Positions 1 through 14,372 of a stretch of 64,000 nt of DNA are shown here, piece by piece (positions within the stretch are counted from its first letter, which is position 1; every line of letters begins with the position of its first letter). The notes beneath the pieces are model-generated. The model was not told the DNA's origin and ran no database searches. It worked only from the letters and a program-made list of their open reading frames with translations. The position numbers and the translations under genes are program-made. Location: contig NC_092371.1 of assembly GCF_030028105.1 (NCBI RefSeq), forward strand, positions 65,986,057 to 66,050,056, given 5' to 3'. This DNA is from Mobula birostris. Taxonomy: Eukaryota.

Positions 1-95
1 TTATTACTTTACCTTATTGTCACCAAACAATTGATACTAGAGCGTACAATCATCACAGTGATATTTGATTCTGCGCTTCGCATACATACTATGAT
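1..95 (-). mobile_element. 3' tail fragment of a Rex-Babar-type LINE
   Basis: Near-identical to 17775-17860 (ttattgtcaccaaacaattgatac...ttgattctgcgcttcgc). Confidence 0.65.
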
Positions 96-114
96 AATAA
101 ATATATTTTGGACT

Positions 115-760
115 TTGGATAACTTATTATCCTTCAATCTCTCTCCTGCCTTCTTCCTGTAACCTTTGACATAATTAATCAAGAACTTATCAATCTCTGC
201 TTTAAAAATACCCATTGACGTAGCCTCCACATCCATCTGCGGCAATGAACTCCACAGAGAATGAAGTAGGATAGAGACAAATCGTTAATGTGGGCAAAGT
301 GCCAGGTGGAGTTTAAACTGGGCAAACTGTTTCATTTTGGAAAATCAAATGCAAGAGGAAAATACAGTGAATGACAGTATCCATAAGTGCATTGATACGC
401 AATGGAATTATGGAGTACAAGTCAAGTGCTCCCTGACAATGGAAACAACTAGTCTTTCTCCCCCAGGGTAGAAATGTCAAATACTATTGGGCATAGCATT
501 ATAGTGAGGGGGAATTATTAAATTAAATTAGATCTAGGAAGAAAGTTTTTTTTTTTTTGTTTTTACACAACGAATGGTAGGTGCCTGGAATGTACTGCTA
601 GGGGAGACACTGGAAGCAGATATGACAGTGATGTATTTGGATAGGCACATGAACAGGCAGGGAAGAGAGACATGGATCATGTGCAGGCAGATGGGATTAG
701 TTAGATTGCCATGAATGGTAAAGACAGCAGAATGGCCATGGAACTTGTTTCGTGGCAGCA
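115..760. mobile_element. Two decayed CR1 3' fragments (115-260 minus, 260-760 plus)
   Basis: IFKAEIDKFL motif and CR1 3' sequence shared with other copies in the window. Confidence 0.6.
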
Positions 761-769
761 GCACAGTGC

Positions 770-1176
770 AAGACAAAACTATGAATAGTTACAACATAAA
801 CACACAGTTCAAAAGAGGAATGATGTAGTGTTTATGGGCTGTTCAGAAATCAGATGGCAGATGGGAAGAAGCTGTTCTTAAGTATTGGGTGTAGGTGTTC
901 AGGCTGCTGTCCACTACCTTGAGGGTGGTTATGTGAAGTGGACATGCTGCAGATAGTGACAACCTTAACAATAGATGCTGCCTTCTGAAGATGTTCAGTC
1001 CTGGGGAGGGTTGTGTCATTGATGGAACTGGCTGAGTCTACAGTCTCTTGTGATCCGTGCCAGATTATGATGCCACTTGTCAGAATATCTATAGAAATCT
1101 GCAAGTGTGTGTTGACATACCCCCAATGAAATAGATCCACTGCAGTTTTTGCGATTGCATTAATGTGCTGGGCCAA
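770..1176 (-). mobile_element. Decayed Rex-Babar-type LINE 3' fragment
   Basis: WAQHINAIAK...KAASI...KNSFFPSAI remnants. Confidence 0.6.
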
Positions 1177-2532
1177 AGGGCCTGTACTGTTCTATAATGT
1201 TCAGATGGTTGCACTGATTATATTGATACCATCTTAGATGATAAAGTTGGCATATGAACTGAATGAAACAAAAAAAATCTAAATTATACAGTTTCATGAA
1301 GGCAAACAATGTTGTGTTACTATCACTCAGGAAAAATTTCTATTGCTTGAAAAATGACATGCAAAGACTCAAACCCACCTGCATTGAGAGGAATATCTAC
1401 CAACATTAGGCAGCAGCCGGTGCACATGTGGTGAGAATGAAGATAGTTGAAGATTCTCCAGGATGTGGTGGTTCTTGGCAAAGCTGAAGGATTTAGATGA
1501 CATGGCTGCTTGGATCAGGGAGCACGGGGGCACTGGGAGGTGAAGACAGCAGACAATCAGAAAAGTCAGGGAGTAGCCCTGAGGTACCAGTCAATGGTAT
1601 TCTTACTTCTGGAGAGAGTCAGCAGCTTGCACCTGAAGAGTGGGCAAGGGATGGGTGATGGACACTGCAGCAGTTGCCTTAGACAATATTCTCTGCTTTA
1701 TAACTGATCCAATTTTAAAGTTAGAGAACTACTTGTGTGGAGTTGGAATATTAGCTGGAGAAGCACCATCCACCCCGACTGAAAGAACAATACCTACATT
1801 TCCTTTTTCATGTCATCAGATTGTCTAAACAACTGGCAACAGAAGATTTGTAGTAGAATCAGTGCCAATGTCATTTTTTTTAAATATATAAACAGTACAA
1901 TTAAAATCTTAAAAGGAAATTCTTTGAGACCTACCGAAAAGAAAAATATCCCTGTGTTAGGACACCTCAGCAATTAAAATGTTAACTATTTAGATTATAC
2001 ATTTTGCTTAAAGAACGATACACACATTTTAAAATGTTCATAGATTGATTTGTTCTATGTGATGGTCAGCGGTTTAACAGATAACAGATTTCAAAACTGT
2101 AAAGAATACAAGTATAGAAATCAGTCAAAGGTAGTGACTGATTCATGAAAGTGTTTAAACCCAAACAAATCTTAACATTTAAGATTTGCAATTTAATTGC
2201 AACTTCTAGAGATAAAATGCAATTATCAATTTTGATCAGACTTGTAAAAAAGTCAACAGAACTAAAAGTAAAAAAGGAAAATGAAACTTGTGTACAAAAC
2301 AGAACAGCCATGTTACACACAAGGCATCATCCTAGCTCAAAAACTGCAAGGATGTCTGTTAGCCAACTGGTCTAAAATACTGACTATTCTGGCAACAATT
2401 TACTTTTAGCTCAGTTTATGCTCATTTTGAAGATTTCCATCTTTAAGAACACCATGTACATATGCTCCAACTTCTCATTTAAGCTGGCTGCATATCTCAC
2501 AGCTAAACATGAACATTATCACATAAGTTGGG

Positions 2533-3277
2533 TCACATAAGACCGAGTTGGTGGTAGACCTGAGAGCTAAGGTACCAGTGACCCCTGTTTCCATCCAGGG
2601 GGTCAGTGTGGACATGGTGGAGGATTACAAATACCTGGGGATACGAATTAACAATAAACTGGACTGGTTGAAGAACACTGAGGCTGTCTACAAGAAGGTT
2701 CAGAGCGGTCTCTATTTCCTGAGGAGACTGAGGTCCTTTAACATCTGCCGGACGATGCTGAGGATGTTCTAAGAGTCTGTGGTGGCCAGTGCTATCATGT
2801 TTGCTGTTGTGTGCTGGGGCAGCAGGCTGAGGGTGGCAGACACCAACAGAATCAACAAACTCATTCGTAAGGCCGGTGATGTTGTGGGGATGGAACTGAA
2901 CTCTCTTACGGTGGTGTCTGAAAAGAGGATGCTGTCTAAGTTGCATGCCATCTTGGTCAATGTCTCCCATCCACTACATAATGTACTGGCTGGGCACAGG
3001 AGTACATTCAGCCAGAGACTCATTCCACCGAGATGCAGCACTGAGCGTCATAGGAAATCATTTCTGCCTGTGGCCATCAAGCTTTACAACTCCTCCCTCG
3101 GAGGGTCAGACACCCTGAGGGTGAAATAGGTCCAGGTTGGTCCTGGACCTATTTCATAATTTACTGGCATAATTTACATATTACTAGTTAACTATTTATG
3201 GTTCTATTACTATTTATTATTTATGGAGCAACTGTAACAAAAACCAATTTCCCCTGGGATTAATAAAGTATGACTGA
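2533..3277 (+). mobile_element. 5'-truncated Rex-Babar (Rex1-like) LINE, RT C-terminus plus 3' tail
   Basis: VVDLR...YKYLG...LDW...LYFLRRLRSFNIC...SVVASAIMFAVVCWG...HPLH...SFLPVAIKLYN with an internal stop; tail aataaagtatgactgac. Near-identical copy at 36204-36686. Confidence 0.85.
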
Positions 3278-3424
3278 CACAAAAAGCATTAAATGTGGGT
3301 GCTGTATTTTACTTCTGAAATTTAGTTTCATTGAAGTCAGGCAGCATGTGATGTATGCAATTGAGTAAGTTTCTACCTTGTTATGAGGTGGCATAGGAGT
3401 GTACCAGTTAGCACAACTGCCAGA

Positions 3425-3955
3425 ACACAAGATATAGGAGCAGAATTAGGCCATTTGGCTCATCAAGTCTACTCCACCATTTCATCATGGCTTATCTATT
3501 TTCCCTCTCAGCCACAATCTGCCTTCTCCCCATATCCCTTCATTTGCCTTAAATATATCCAATGATTTGGCCTCTACAGCTGCCCGTGGCCAAAAAAATT
3601 CCCCAGATTCACCACTCTCTGGCTAAAGAAATTCCTCCTCTCCATTCTAAAAAGGACACCCCTCTATTTTGAGGTGATGTCCTCTGGTCTATACCACCTC
3701 ATCATAGGAAACATGCTCTCTACATCCATATTGAGGTCTTTCAACATTCAATAGGGGTGACCTCATCAAAACCCCATTCTTCTGAATTTCAGTGAGTAGA
3801 GGCCCAGAGCCATCTAATGCTCCTCATACAACAAGCCTTTCAATCCCAGAATCATTTTCAGGACTCTCCTTTGAACTCTCTCCAATGTCAGCACATCCTT
3901 TCCTAGACAAGGGGCCCAAAACTGCTCACAATACTCCAAGTGAGGCCTATTACAG
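3425..3955 (-). mobile_element. CR1 LINE 3' fragment
   Basis: RPHLEYCEQFWAP...LERVQRR motif and CR1 3'UTR. Confidence 0.8.
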
Positions 3956-3979
3956 CAGCAGCTACCCAGTATAATTTCT

Positions 3980-4145
3980 GCATGGAATTTGTCCAACCTG
4001 TGACCACATAGGTTTCCCCTGGGTGCTCTAGTTTCCTCCCACGTTCCAAAGATGTACAGGTTAGTAGGTTAAATGATTACATGCATGTAATTGGCAGCAT
4101 GGGCTCATTGAGGTAGAAGAGCCCATTACTATACTGGATCTCTTA
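3980..4145 (+). mobile_element. V-domain SINE fragment (HE1-like)
   Basis: gtttcccctgggtgctctagtttcctcccacgttccaaagatgt, matching the V-SINE core seen in other copies. Confidence 0.6.
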
Positions 4146-5859
4146 AAAAATCCTCACCATCTGCATTGAAGCCTTTAAATCACCATCCTTGAACTACATC
4201 AAAATAGAATCAAGGGTAAAAAAATCATTTTGTGCAGGAAGAAAACAAGTCTGCAAAGGATGGAAGTAGTACATTTAAGTCAGCAAATACCCTGTGGTAA
4301 AGCTTGAAAGTACAAACTGAAAGAGGAAGATTGATTTTTCCTTGAGCCAGCCTCATTGCAGAAAACAAAATCAAAGCTGGAACTTCCAAACCAATGAACC
4401 ACTTGACAAATTCAAGACTTCATCCCAGGTAAAGTTACACCCTACCTCATAAAAGCGCTCAGCTCCAAATCAAGTATCTCCACAGGAAACTCAGTAAGGA
4501 CAAAAGTACCAAGTTTTAAGGCAGTTTTAAAAACACTCGAAACAGGAAGAGACTATATGGCCGTTGGAGCCTGTTCTGCAAATCATCAAGACATATCTCT
4601 ACCTTTCAAGCACTGAGGCAATCTATTGAGGTGGGGGTGGGTGGGTAAGGAGGGTGGTTATATGCAGACATCTATCCATTTTTGCATTGAATAAATTCAG
4701 TGCCGAAGTCTCCACAGCCCATCGGGGAGAAAACTCCAAAGATTCTTCACTGTTTGCATGAAGATATGTCTTCTCATCTCAGTCCCAAATGTCCTGGCAC
4801 TTATTCTGAGACTGTGAACCCCAAGCTCCAGACTCTCTGCACTGGAAGCATTCAGACTGTTGAATTCTACTAGTTTGACAGTGTTAACATGTCTTCTAAA
4901 CTTCAAAAATAATATCTTTCAACTACTCACCCTCACTGCAAACCTACCATTCCTAGAATCTGGCTAGTGAATTTTCAGTGCATTCTTAGCTATCACAAGC
5001 ATAACTGTTACCTGATGAGAACAAAGCTGTACATACTGCTTCATGCACCTGCATCTAGTATCCTGTAGATGGTACAAACAGCTACTGCTGTGTTGGTGGA
5101 GTGACTGAATAGCTGTGGATGGGGTGCCTTTCAAGTGGGCTGCCATGTCCTGAATGGTGTCAATTTTCTTAATGTTGTTGAAACTGCACCTTTCCAGGCA
5201 AGGGAGAGTATTCCACTTCTAGGATCTTAATATTGGAGTCAGAGCACTACAGCACAGAAACAGTCTCTTTGTCCGATCAAGACCATGCCAAACTATTATT
5301 GCATCTGATCCCATCGACCAGCACTTGGACCGTAGGCCTCCTTGAACACCCCCCACCTCCACACACAATCCACGTAATTCTGACTTCAGCCTTGCAGATG
5401 TCTTGAGGAATTATCTGGTGAATTACTTGCCATATGATTCCAGGCCTCCATCCTACTTTAGTAACTAATGTGAACAGAGCCAATTCAATTCAGTTTCTGA
5501 CCAAGAGTAACCATCAACCCTCTCCCGCCAGAATATTGATAATGGGGGAACTCAGTGATGGCAATGTCATTAAAAGCCAGGGTGAGAGCTGGATTTTCTC
5601 TTATTAGCTACCATCGCATGGCACTTGTGTTACAAATATTACTTGCCACCTATCAGTATATACCATTTGTTTGTGGACAGCTTCATCAACCAGCTTCAAG
5701 AAATGCTCAACGGACTCAGCCAGTTAGGCAGAAATTCAAATCAACTGTAATAGGTTTGAACAAATCGTGATAAATAACACAAGTATTGACAAAGACATTA
5801 CATTAAAAAAAGGGAAGGAAAAGGGACAGAAATGTGATTAAGTGAAACTATGAGAAAAG

Positions 5860-6480
5860 CTGGAGTTAAAGAACTCATTGCTCATTCCAGAGGGTTGAAA
5901 ATTGCCTAGACAGAAGATAAAATACTGTTAATCTAGATTACATTGAGCTTCACAATGGCAGGTTGGAATGGGAGTGAAATTAACAACAGGAAGCTCAGGA
6001 TTACCCCTGTAGTTTGAGGTTTGTTGCTCCACACTGTGCTTGGTTTCCCCAGTGTAGAGAAGACCAGATTATGTAAACTGAATCCAGTAGGCAAATGCAA
6101 GTAATTTCTTTTTCCCCGCCTTGGAAGGCCTGGATGATGAAAGGTACATCTCCTCTGGTTGCACAGGAAGCCGCTGTGGGGCAGAAAAATGGACCAGGGA
6201 GTTACAAAGCGAGCAGTCCCTGCAAATTTCAGAAAGGGGACAAGGAAAGAAGTGACTGATGATAGAATCATGTTAGAGCCAATGCAAAATTACCAAGGAT
6301 ATTGCTATGAATGCAATGGCTGGTGAGGTGGAAGGGGAACACCAAGGGACAATGGAGTAGAAACAGTGGAACAGAATAGGAAGCTCCATCCACTAGGGCA
6401 GAGGGGAAGCCACATTTGAGGAAGGAGGACATTTGAGAGGTAGTGCTGCGGAATGTCTCAGTTTTGTTGTCAAACAGATA
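5860..6480 (-). mobile_element. Old Penelope-like element remnant
   Basis: Degenerate match to the PLE copies at 35960-38580 and 61812-63347 (MSSFLKCGFPS motif). Confidence 0.6.
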
Positions 6481-6899
6481 CAAAGTGGCATTGGTGTCTA
6501 GATTTTTTTTTGGTAACTTTAATGTTTACCCTCTCACCTTTTAATATTTTCCACATTCATTTTTTTCATGTTATACTCTTGCTCACTCGAGTGCACATTG
6601 TTCCAGTCTGCCTTTGAACCCACTTGACAGAGTTTACAAAGTGGCCAAGTGCCACTACATATCCGTTTGTACTTCCAATACTACTTTGTGCAATCCAGAC
6701 AACAGGAAAAAGATCAAAGTGCACAGAGCTGATGCAATGTTCTATTACACCCATGAAAAACACTGCATGGAGATAAGAAAGGTTATGGCAGTTAAAGCAT
6801 AGTATCAGCAGTGAGTTTACTTCAAAAAGATTAAACTCACATGAGCTGAGTAAGTTATCAAAAAAAAAAAAAAAAAAAAAAAGGGAAAATATCAGAAAT

Positions 6900-6961
6900 T
6901 TATGCCATGGATCCCTATCATTAACCAAGGGCTCTCTGAATCTGAGGTTGGGAACCTCTAC
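6900..6961. mobile_element. hAT (Charlie-like) MITE end
   Basis: aggttgggaacctcta followed by ccctagat resembles the TIR and target of the element at 63874-63917. Confidence 0.45.
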
Positions 6962-8115
6962 CCTAGATAACAACCCAAATTGATAGTAACAGCAACATCT
7001 GTGGAAAGAAAAACTGTTTCAGGTCAAATACAATTCTGGTCAAGCATCTTTCACCCATAAATGTTAACTCCATTTCTCTTTCAACACATACTGCCTGACC
7101 TGCTGAGTGCTTCTAGTATTTATGTTATTAATTATAATTTGCCAATATAAGTTCACACTCTTGGAAAGATGTTAATGGCAACCAGTGGCTACATTCTGCC
7201 TGCTTTGAGGTCATACAAGTGACAACTAGTCTTCCTGCTGTTGCAACCACATCCAACCAAAAACCCATTGAATTTGTGTGATAAAATTCAAAAAAAAAAA
7301 ATTGTGACCAGACTGAAGACAAGATAATTCCACAAGTACCATTAATTTGCAAGTCATCAGAGATATGCCTGATGGGCTGCTGAAAAAACACTTTAATAAT
7401 ATACAGAACATTGTAAAAGAATTTCCTTAAACTTACTTCAGATGTATGAATTAATATTCATCCCCTAGATGTTCAGTTCAAAGATGTAATTGGTTTGAGT
7501 GATGGAGTTCCTTGAGAAACAGACAAATCTGACACCTGGGATTGGGCTAGGGAAGAGAATATCGCAAAAACAGCTGCAAATTAGGTCAGGATTATGAGAG
7601 AAGTTGCTAGCCAAATGATGTGGTCCTCTGTGGTAGAAGGCAGATGTTGCAGAAGTAAAAATCAATTTATTAAAAAACTTAATTTTAGAGATGAAACATT
7701 TTCCTACAATGGTTGACTGCAACAGTAATCTTGTAACATTCCATAAATAAAATTTATAAATCTGGTCTGCTTAGCTGAAAAATATTACTGCAATTTCCAT
7801 TAGCTGTATTACCAGAGTCTTAAACATCCGTCTTTCATAATTGCTCTCCATGTCTGTATCACAATTACTAGCCCTTCACAATGAAGTGAATTGTGGTCCA
7901 ATCACGATCAAAGCAAATCTGTATTTGTCTAATAAAAACTGACAACCGCAGCTGGGTGTTCCAATAAGATTGTATTACTAATATATCTGACCCATCTTAA
8001 AAAAAGGCACACATCAGAAGTGATTGCTCACACTGTATGCAGCTTTGCACCTCAGTTCAGTAATAGTCTAGCTCATTAGTTGGGAAGTTCAGTAAGTTAA
8101 CTAGTTTCTACTGCA

Positions 8116-8370
8116 AAACTGTGCCATGGACAGTACCAAGCCCAGTTGTGAAAGGAGAAGAGTTGTGCATGGGCCTAGAAACTCCATCCAGTTGAAAACC
8201 CAGAGTTACAGAAACACCAACAGAAGCTCTTAAGACCTCATCCTGGAATGAGAAAAATCTTTGGAAGATGGGCTACACCTGGGAACAACTCGAAAGACAG
8301 GCCCAGGACAGAACTCTGGCAAGTTGCTGTCAGTGGCCCATGTTCCAGTTGAGGTGACAGGCTTAGGTTT
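8116..8370 (+). mobile_element. Short RTE-derived non-autonomous element, decayed
   Basis: RTE-like head (gaaaggagaagagttgtgcatgggctag-type) joined to a 3' end encoding WEQLERQAQDRTLW. Confidence 0.45.
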
Positions 8371-8749
8371 TTAAAAGTTTGCTCGCATGACAGGTTTAGA
8401 GCAATGAGGGCACAGACAGCACCCTAAAATCATTTAGTGTGCACATTGTTAATGGGTTCAGGAATATTTCTGATCCTACACAACTCTTCACTTTCCAATA
8501 ACTTTCAAGTTCAGTCATCGTTACAAACCTGTCATAATAAAAAAAGGTCCAACAAACATTGTGAAAACCTTGTTGAACAATGGTGTTGACAGAATAATCA
8601 TTAGCTTGCTATAAAGAGAATCTGCCTTGGGCATCAAGATTAAATAAAGTCCAAGAAGGAAATGCATTACAAGTGTTTGATGCTTAAAGGTATTGCTGCC
8701 TTTTGCAATGTTGAGATACCAACAAACTGTAAATTCAGTCCTCAACATT

Positions 8750-11075
8750 TGACCACAAGATATAGGAGCAGAATCAGGCCATTTGATCATGGCTGATCCA
8801 ATTTTCCTCAGTCCCAATCTCTTGCCTTCTCCCCTTCATGCCCCAACCAAAAATCTACCAACCTCTGCCTTAAATATTCATAAAGACTTGTATATCTCCT
8901 CTGCACCTTTTCCATAGTTTCCACATCCTTCCTGTAGTGAGGTGACCAGAACTGAACACAGTACTCCAAGTGGTGCCTCACCAGGGTCCTATATACTGTA
9001 ACATTACCTCTCGGCGCTTAAACTCAATCCCACGATTGATGAAGGTCAATGCACCATATGCCTTCTTAACCATAGGATCAACCTGCGCAGCAGCTTTGAG
9101 TGTCCTATGGACTCAGACCCCAAGATCCCTCTGATCCTCCACACTGCTAACAGTCTTACTATTAATACTATATTCAGCAATCATATTTGACTTACCAAAA
9201 TGAACCAGCTCACACTTACCTGGGTTATCACTCCACTTGCCACTTCTCAGCCCAGTTTTGCATCCTATCAATGTCTTCCTGTAACCTCTGACAGCCCTCC
9301 ACACCTCCAACCTTTGCCTCATCAGCAAATTTACTAACCCATTCTCACCCCCCCCCCCCCCACTTCTGGATCATTTATAAAAATCATGGAGAAGGGGTTC
9401 CAGAACAGATCCCCAAGGCACACCATTTGTCATCGACCTCCATGCAGAATATGACCCGTCTGCAACCACTCACTGCCTTCTGTGAGCAAGCCAATTCTAG
9501 ATCCATAAAGCAAGGTCCTCTTGGATCCCATACCTCCTTACTTTCTCAATGAGTCTTGATGGGGTACCTTATCAAATGCTTTGCTGAAATCCATATACAC
9601 TAGATCTTCTGCTCTACCTTCAATGTTTAGACACATTCTCAAAAAATTCAATCAGATTCGTAAGGCATGACCTGCCTTTGACAAAGCCATGCTGACTATT
9701 CCTAATATTATGCCTCTCCAAATGTTCATAAATCCTACCTCTCAGGATCTTCTCCATCAACTTACCAACCACTTAAGTAAGACTCACTGGTCTATAATTT
9801 CCTGGGCTTTCTCTTCTCCATTTCTTGAATAATGGAACAAGATCTCTAGCCTTCCAATCCTCTGGAACCTCTTCCACCCCCACTGATGATGCAAAGATCA
9901 TTGCCAGAGGCTCAGCAATCTGCTCCCTCGCCTCCCACAGTAGTCTGGGGTACATCTCATCTGGTCCCAGAGAGTTAGCCATCTTGATGCTTTCCAAAAG
10001 CTCCAGCACATCCTTTCTTAACGTCTATATGCTCAAGCTTTTCAGTCCGCTGCAAGTGATTCATACAATTGCCAAGGTGTTTTCCGTAGTTAATACTGAA
10101 GCAAAGTATTCATCACTCTTGCTAAAGAAATTCCTCATCTCCATTCTAAAAGGATACCCCTCTACTGAGGCTGTGACCTCTCCTCCGGTCTTAAGTCTCT
10201 CCCACCACAGGAAACATCTTCTCCGCATACACTATCAAGGCCTTCCACCATTTGATAGGTTTCAATGAGGTCACCCTTCATTCTTCAGAATTCCAGCAAA
10301 CACAGGCCAAGAGCCATCAAATGTTCTTCATATGACAATCCATTCAATCCTGGAACCATTTTCATGAACCTTCTTTGAACCCTCACTTGTATAAGCACAC
10401 CTTTTCTAAGACAAGGGGCCCCAAACCCACTCACAATATTCCAAGTGAGGCCTCACCAGTGCTTTATAGTCTCAATATTACAACCTTGCTTTTATACTCT
10501 GGTCCTCTTGAAATGAACGGCAACATCACATTTGCCTCCTTCACCACACATTCAATTTGCAAATTAACCTTTAGGGAATCCTGCACAAGGACTCCCGAGT
10601 GCCTTTGCATCCCAGGTTTTTTATTTTTGCATCTTCACTCCATAAGTCAACCCTTTCAGTTCTTCTACTAAAGTGCATGACCACACACTCCTGACACTGC
10701 ATTCCATCTGCCATTTCTTTGCCCAGTCTACTAATCTGCCAAAGTTCTTCTGTAGCCTACTTCCTCAAAACTACCTGCCCCTCCACCTATCTTTACATCA
10801 CCTGCAAACTTTGCAACAAAGCCTTCAATTCTATCATCTAAATCATTGACATACAACATTAAAAAAAAATCTGTCCCAACAAAGACCCATGAACACCACT
10901 AGTCACAGGCAGGCAGCCAGAAAAGGCTCCCTTTATTCTCAGACTTTGCCTCCTCCCAATCAGTCACTGCTTTATCCACGTCCAAATCTTTCCTGTAATA
11001 CCATGGGCTCACAGCTTGCTAAGTAGCTGCATGTGTGGCACCTTGTCAAAGGCCCTTTGAAAATCCAAGTACAAT
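8750..11075 (-). mobile_element. Nested CR1 LINE fragments spanning the RT domain
   Basis: GPDEMYPRLL...IAEPLAMIF...VPEDWK...PLFKK...PGNYRPVSLT, KCELVHFGKSN and DQRDLGV motifs; junctions near 8890 and 10110. Confidence 0.85.
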
Positions 11076-13352
11076 TTACAATCCAATTTGGACTCCTGTC
11101 TCCACCAAAACCACTAATTAAGCCACAAAAAACACAACTGACAGAACATGTTATTGCTCATTTGCATTAGAATTTAAGGTTTGGATTTTTGTGATCAATG
11201 TACAACCTGAGCTTAGGAGCTTCATCCCCATAACACTTGTTTCTGTCTCACCCCCAATAAGCAATCAAGTCGTATTTTTTAGTGCTTGAAAATTTAGGTA
11301 GCTGCTTTTTGAAAGTTCCATCAATGCTAACTATTAAAAACAAGTTTTGAGACCAGACCAGGCTTCTCACATTTTCTTATGGCTCAAGGGCATTTAACTT
11401 AAATCTATACCAGTTCAGAGCATTCATCAGTCCTATTCCTTCAATATTTTCACTGGAACCCTCTCCTTTTCACATGCCTAATTCCCAGCTACCCTACTAT
11501 ACCAAGAGAAAATTACAATAGACAACCAGCATATCTTTGGGATATGAATGAAACTAAAGCACATTGGGGGTGGTGACTGGTGGGGGAATGAAGTGACAGG
11601 GAGAACGTACAAACTACACAGACGATACCCAAGGGCAGGTCTGAACCCAGGAGACTACAATGGCACTACAGCAGTCTTAGCTACTGTGCTTCCCTGCTGA
11701 TGTGACAGCCATTATTATCAGATATTTGAAACAACGCTGTTAATTGAATTTATTACCAAGGAAGAAAGCAAACTGAATTTCTAGTAGTTGCAAAATTGGT
11801 ACGGCGCAAAACAGACCTGTCAGCCCACTAATGTTGTGCTGAAATTGCCAAACCAACAAATTCCACCCAACTGTGCAAGGTCTGTCTGTCATTGTTCCCC
11901 TGTTCCATGTGCCTCTCTAGAGGCCAGAAACACTACTATCCAATTCCATCACCTTCCTGGCAGCAGGTTCTGGCACTACCACCATGTGCAAACAGAAAAG
12001 CTTGCCTCAAAACACCTTCACGATTTCCCCTCAGACATTTGCCCTCTTGCTTTTGACATTTTCATCTTCGGGGCAAGAGGATCTGGCAATCTATCCTCTC
12101 ATTTTATACTCTTATCAGATCACTCCTTGGCCATGGTGCCAGTGGAAAACCACCTCCTTGTACAACTTCTACTTACAGTTAACACTCCACTCAAGGACTG
12201 TATACAATGCAGAGAAATGCCTTTTCTGCATTATCAATTGAACAACCACATAATTAAAGACATTGACTGAAATACAAAATGTCAATTCTTGATGTAGTTA
12301 ATTGCATATTTTTACTGTGAATACCTGAGCTGTGTCACATATTCAAAAATGACGGTTTTAAGTCCAAAAACCAATCCAAGTTGCATGCTATTTGTTGAAA
12401 GAACCTCAAAAAACAAAGATTATAGAGATATCTCTCTCTACATATAAAATTTACACAAGTTCCACCACTGATGGTAAAGTTACATTGGCTCTACCCTTCT
12501 GCGTTATTTTCTCCCAACTGGGAAAGTTGAGGCAAGGTGAGATACAGCAAGTGGACAAAGGAAATCCTGTCATACTTGCTGCTTGGAGTAACCATTACTA
12601 CTATATCTGATAGGAAAGTACATTTACAAGAACATTGTATGAGAAGCAGCTTGGTATTAATGGTTCTCTATCCTGGGATTTTTTTTTATTATTAAAAAAT
12701 ATAGAACAATACAGCATAGGAACAAGCCCTTCTGTGCACAATGTTGTGCTGAACCAGCTGAAAAGTAAATTAACCCCTTCCCCTCCAAAATGAATCCCTA
12801 CCTACAGTGTGTATATGCCTCCATCTTCCCAACATTCATGTGCCTATCTACATGTCTCTTAAAATCCTTTAATGTAATTCCTCTACCATCACACCAGGCA
12901 TTCAGAGTAAAAAAAAACAAAACTTACCCTTCATATCTTTCAAATCTACCTCTTTTCATCTCCAATGCATGCTCTGGTATTAGACATTTCTACCCTCGCA
13001 AAAAGATACTCTGTTGTGTACCCTATCTATGCCTCTCAATCTTATAGATTGAGAGGTATAAATAGAGTAGACATGGATTCTGCCAATTTTTATTCGGTCC
13101 ACCGAAGGGGGAAAAGCAGATGAAATCTCAGATCAAACAGTTTTCAATTTGTACTTTAAAAACATTTAATACACCCAAAAGAAATTTATAAAATTTAGTT
13201 GAAAAATATGGTTCCCTCTTACCTAGTCAGATAAAAAACTAATACAGTATCAATCAAGCATGGAGGGATAGACAATTCAATGCCAGCACACCAAACTTTA
13301 AATGACCAATTCATGATTTCACAAAACAAAGCAAATAATGCTGTAAACCCGT

Positions 13353-13358
13353 TTTATT
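13353..13358 (-). terminator. Candidate polyadenylation signal of BLCAP (3'UTR about 1 kb)
   Basis: AATAAA on minus, followed by a U/GU-rich tract (TTATTTGCTTTGTTTTGTG). 13100-14370 is repeat-free. Alternatives: ATTAAA 13165-13170 and AATAAA 13089-13094. Confidence 0.45.
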
Positions 13359-14372
13359 TTTTTGAAGCTCATTTAAAAACATTTGGTGCTGTAGACTGCA
13401 TCATGCAACACGCTCGCACATCACAGACGCAGATGGCAGTGCACTAGTGGGTTTAAACACAATCAAAGATTAAGTAGAAATATCATAACTGAACAAGTAG
13501 CTCATTTCATTTACAACAAGAGCAAGAATAAATAAAATGAGCTCCCTGGTGGCACAAAGATAATGAACTGGAAGTTAAATATCAATATTGCCAACACTAT
13601 CTGGCTTGTACCTTTCACAAAGATCTCAACCCACTGTGCAAAAATAAACTGGATATGTAAACTATGAAGCAATTCATTTAATTGCAGCCTACACTAAAAT
13701 CCCTGCATCTTGAAATACAGAAGCGATACTATTTCAGCTAACAAAATTGTGCAGAAATAGCACCATTGTCATAGAAAGGTCAGGAAACACACAAACACCC
13801 AAAGAAACTTGTGTATGATATCCTAAATTAACCATGAACACCAAGACCTCCCACTGAATGAAATCCTGCACTTTAATAGCCAAAAAAAGCCTCTTCCAAG
13901 TCATCATCAAGAACTTGAAGATTGATAGTAGACATTAGGCCTTTACTCGAGGTTCATCATTTCAGAATTTGAAAACCACCACCGAACGCTTCCACTAAAT
14001 AGTTTGTAAGAAGGCCACTTCTTCGGGGAGGGGCTTGGGAGAACAGTAAAAATACTGAGTTTCAGTAATCATTCACAGCGCAGGGTCTAAATACAAATCC
14101 ATGCAAGAGTCTTGCTTCAGGTCGACGTTATCCTTTGCAGAGGAAGCTGCAGACGAAAAACCTTCTGCTTGGCCAGCGATTTTTGTTTTTTTGGACGCAA
14201 GAATGCGGTGAAAGGAAGTTTTGAGATTTCTCCTCTGGCGAAGAGTCGGAGATCACCGCGTCTACTCGCCTCAGGAACTGCACGAAGTTGGAGAAGGAAG
14301 AAACGGCCAGCAGGAAGGTGAGAATAATTTACAGGCGACTTGTATGCCGGGCTGGGGAGGGACTTGCTACAA

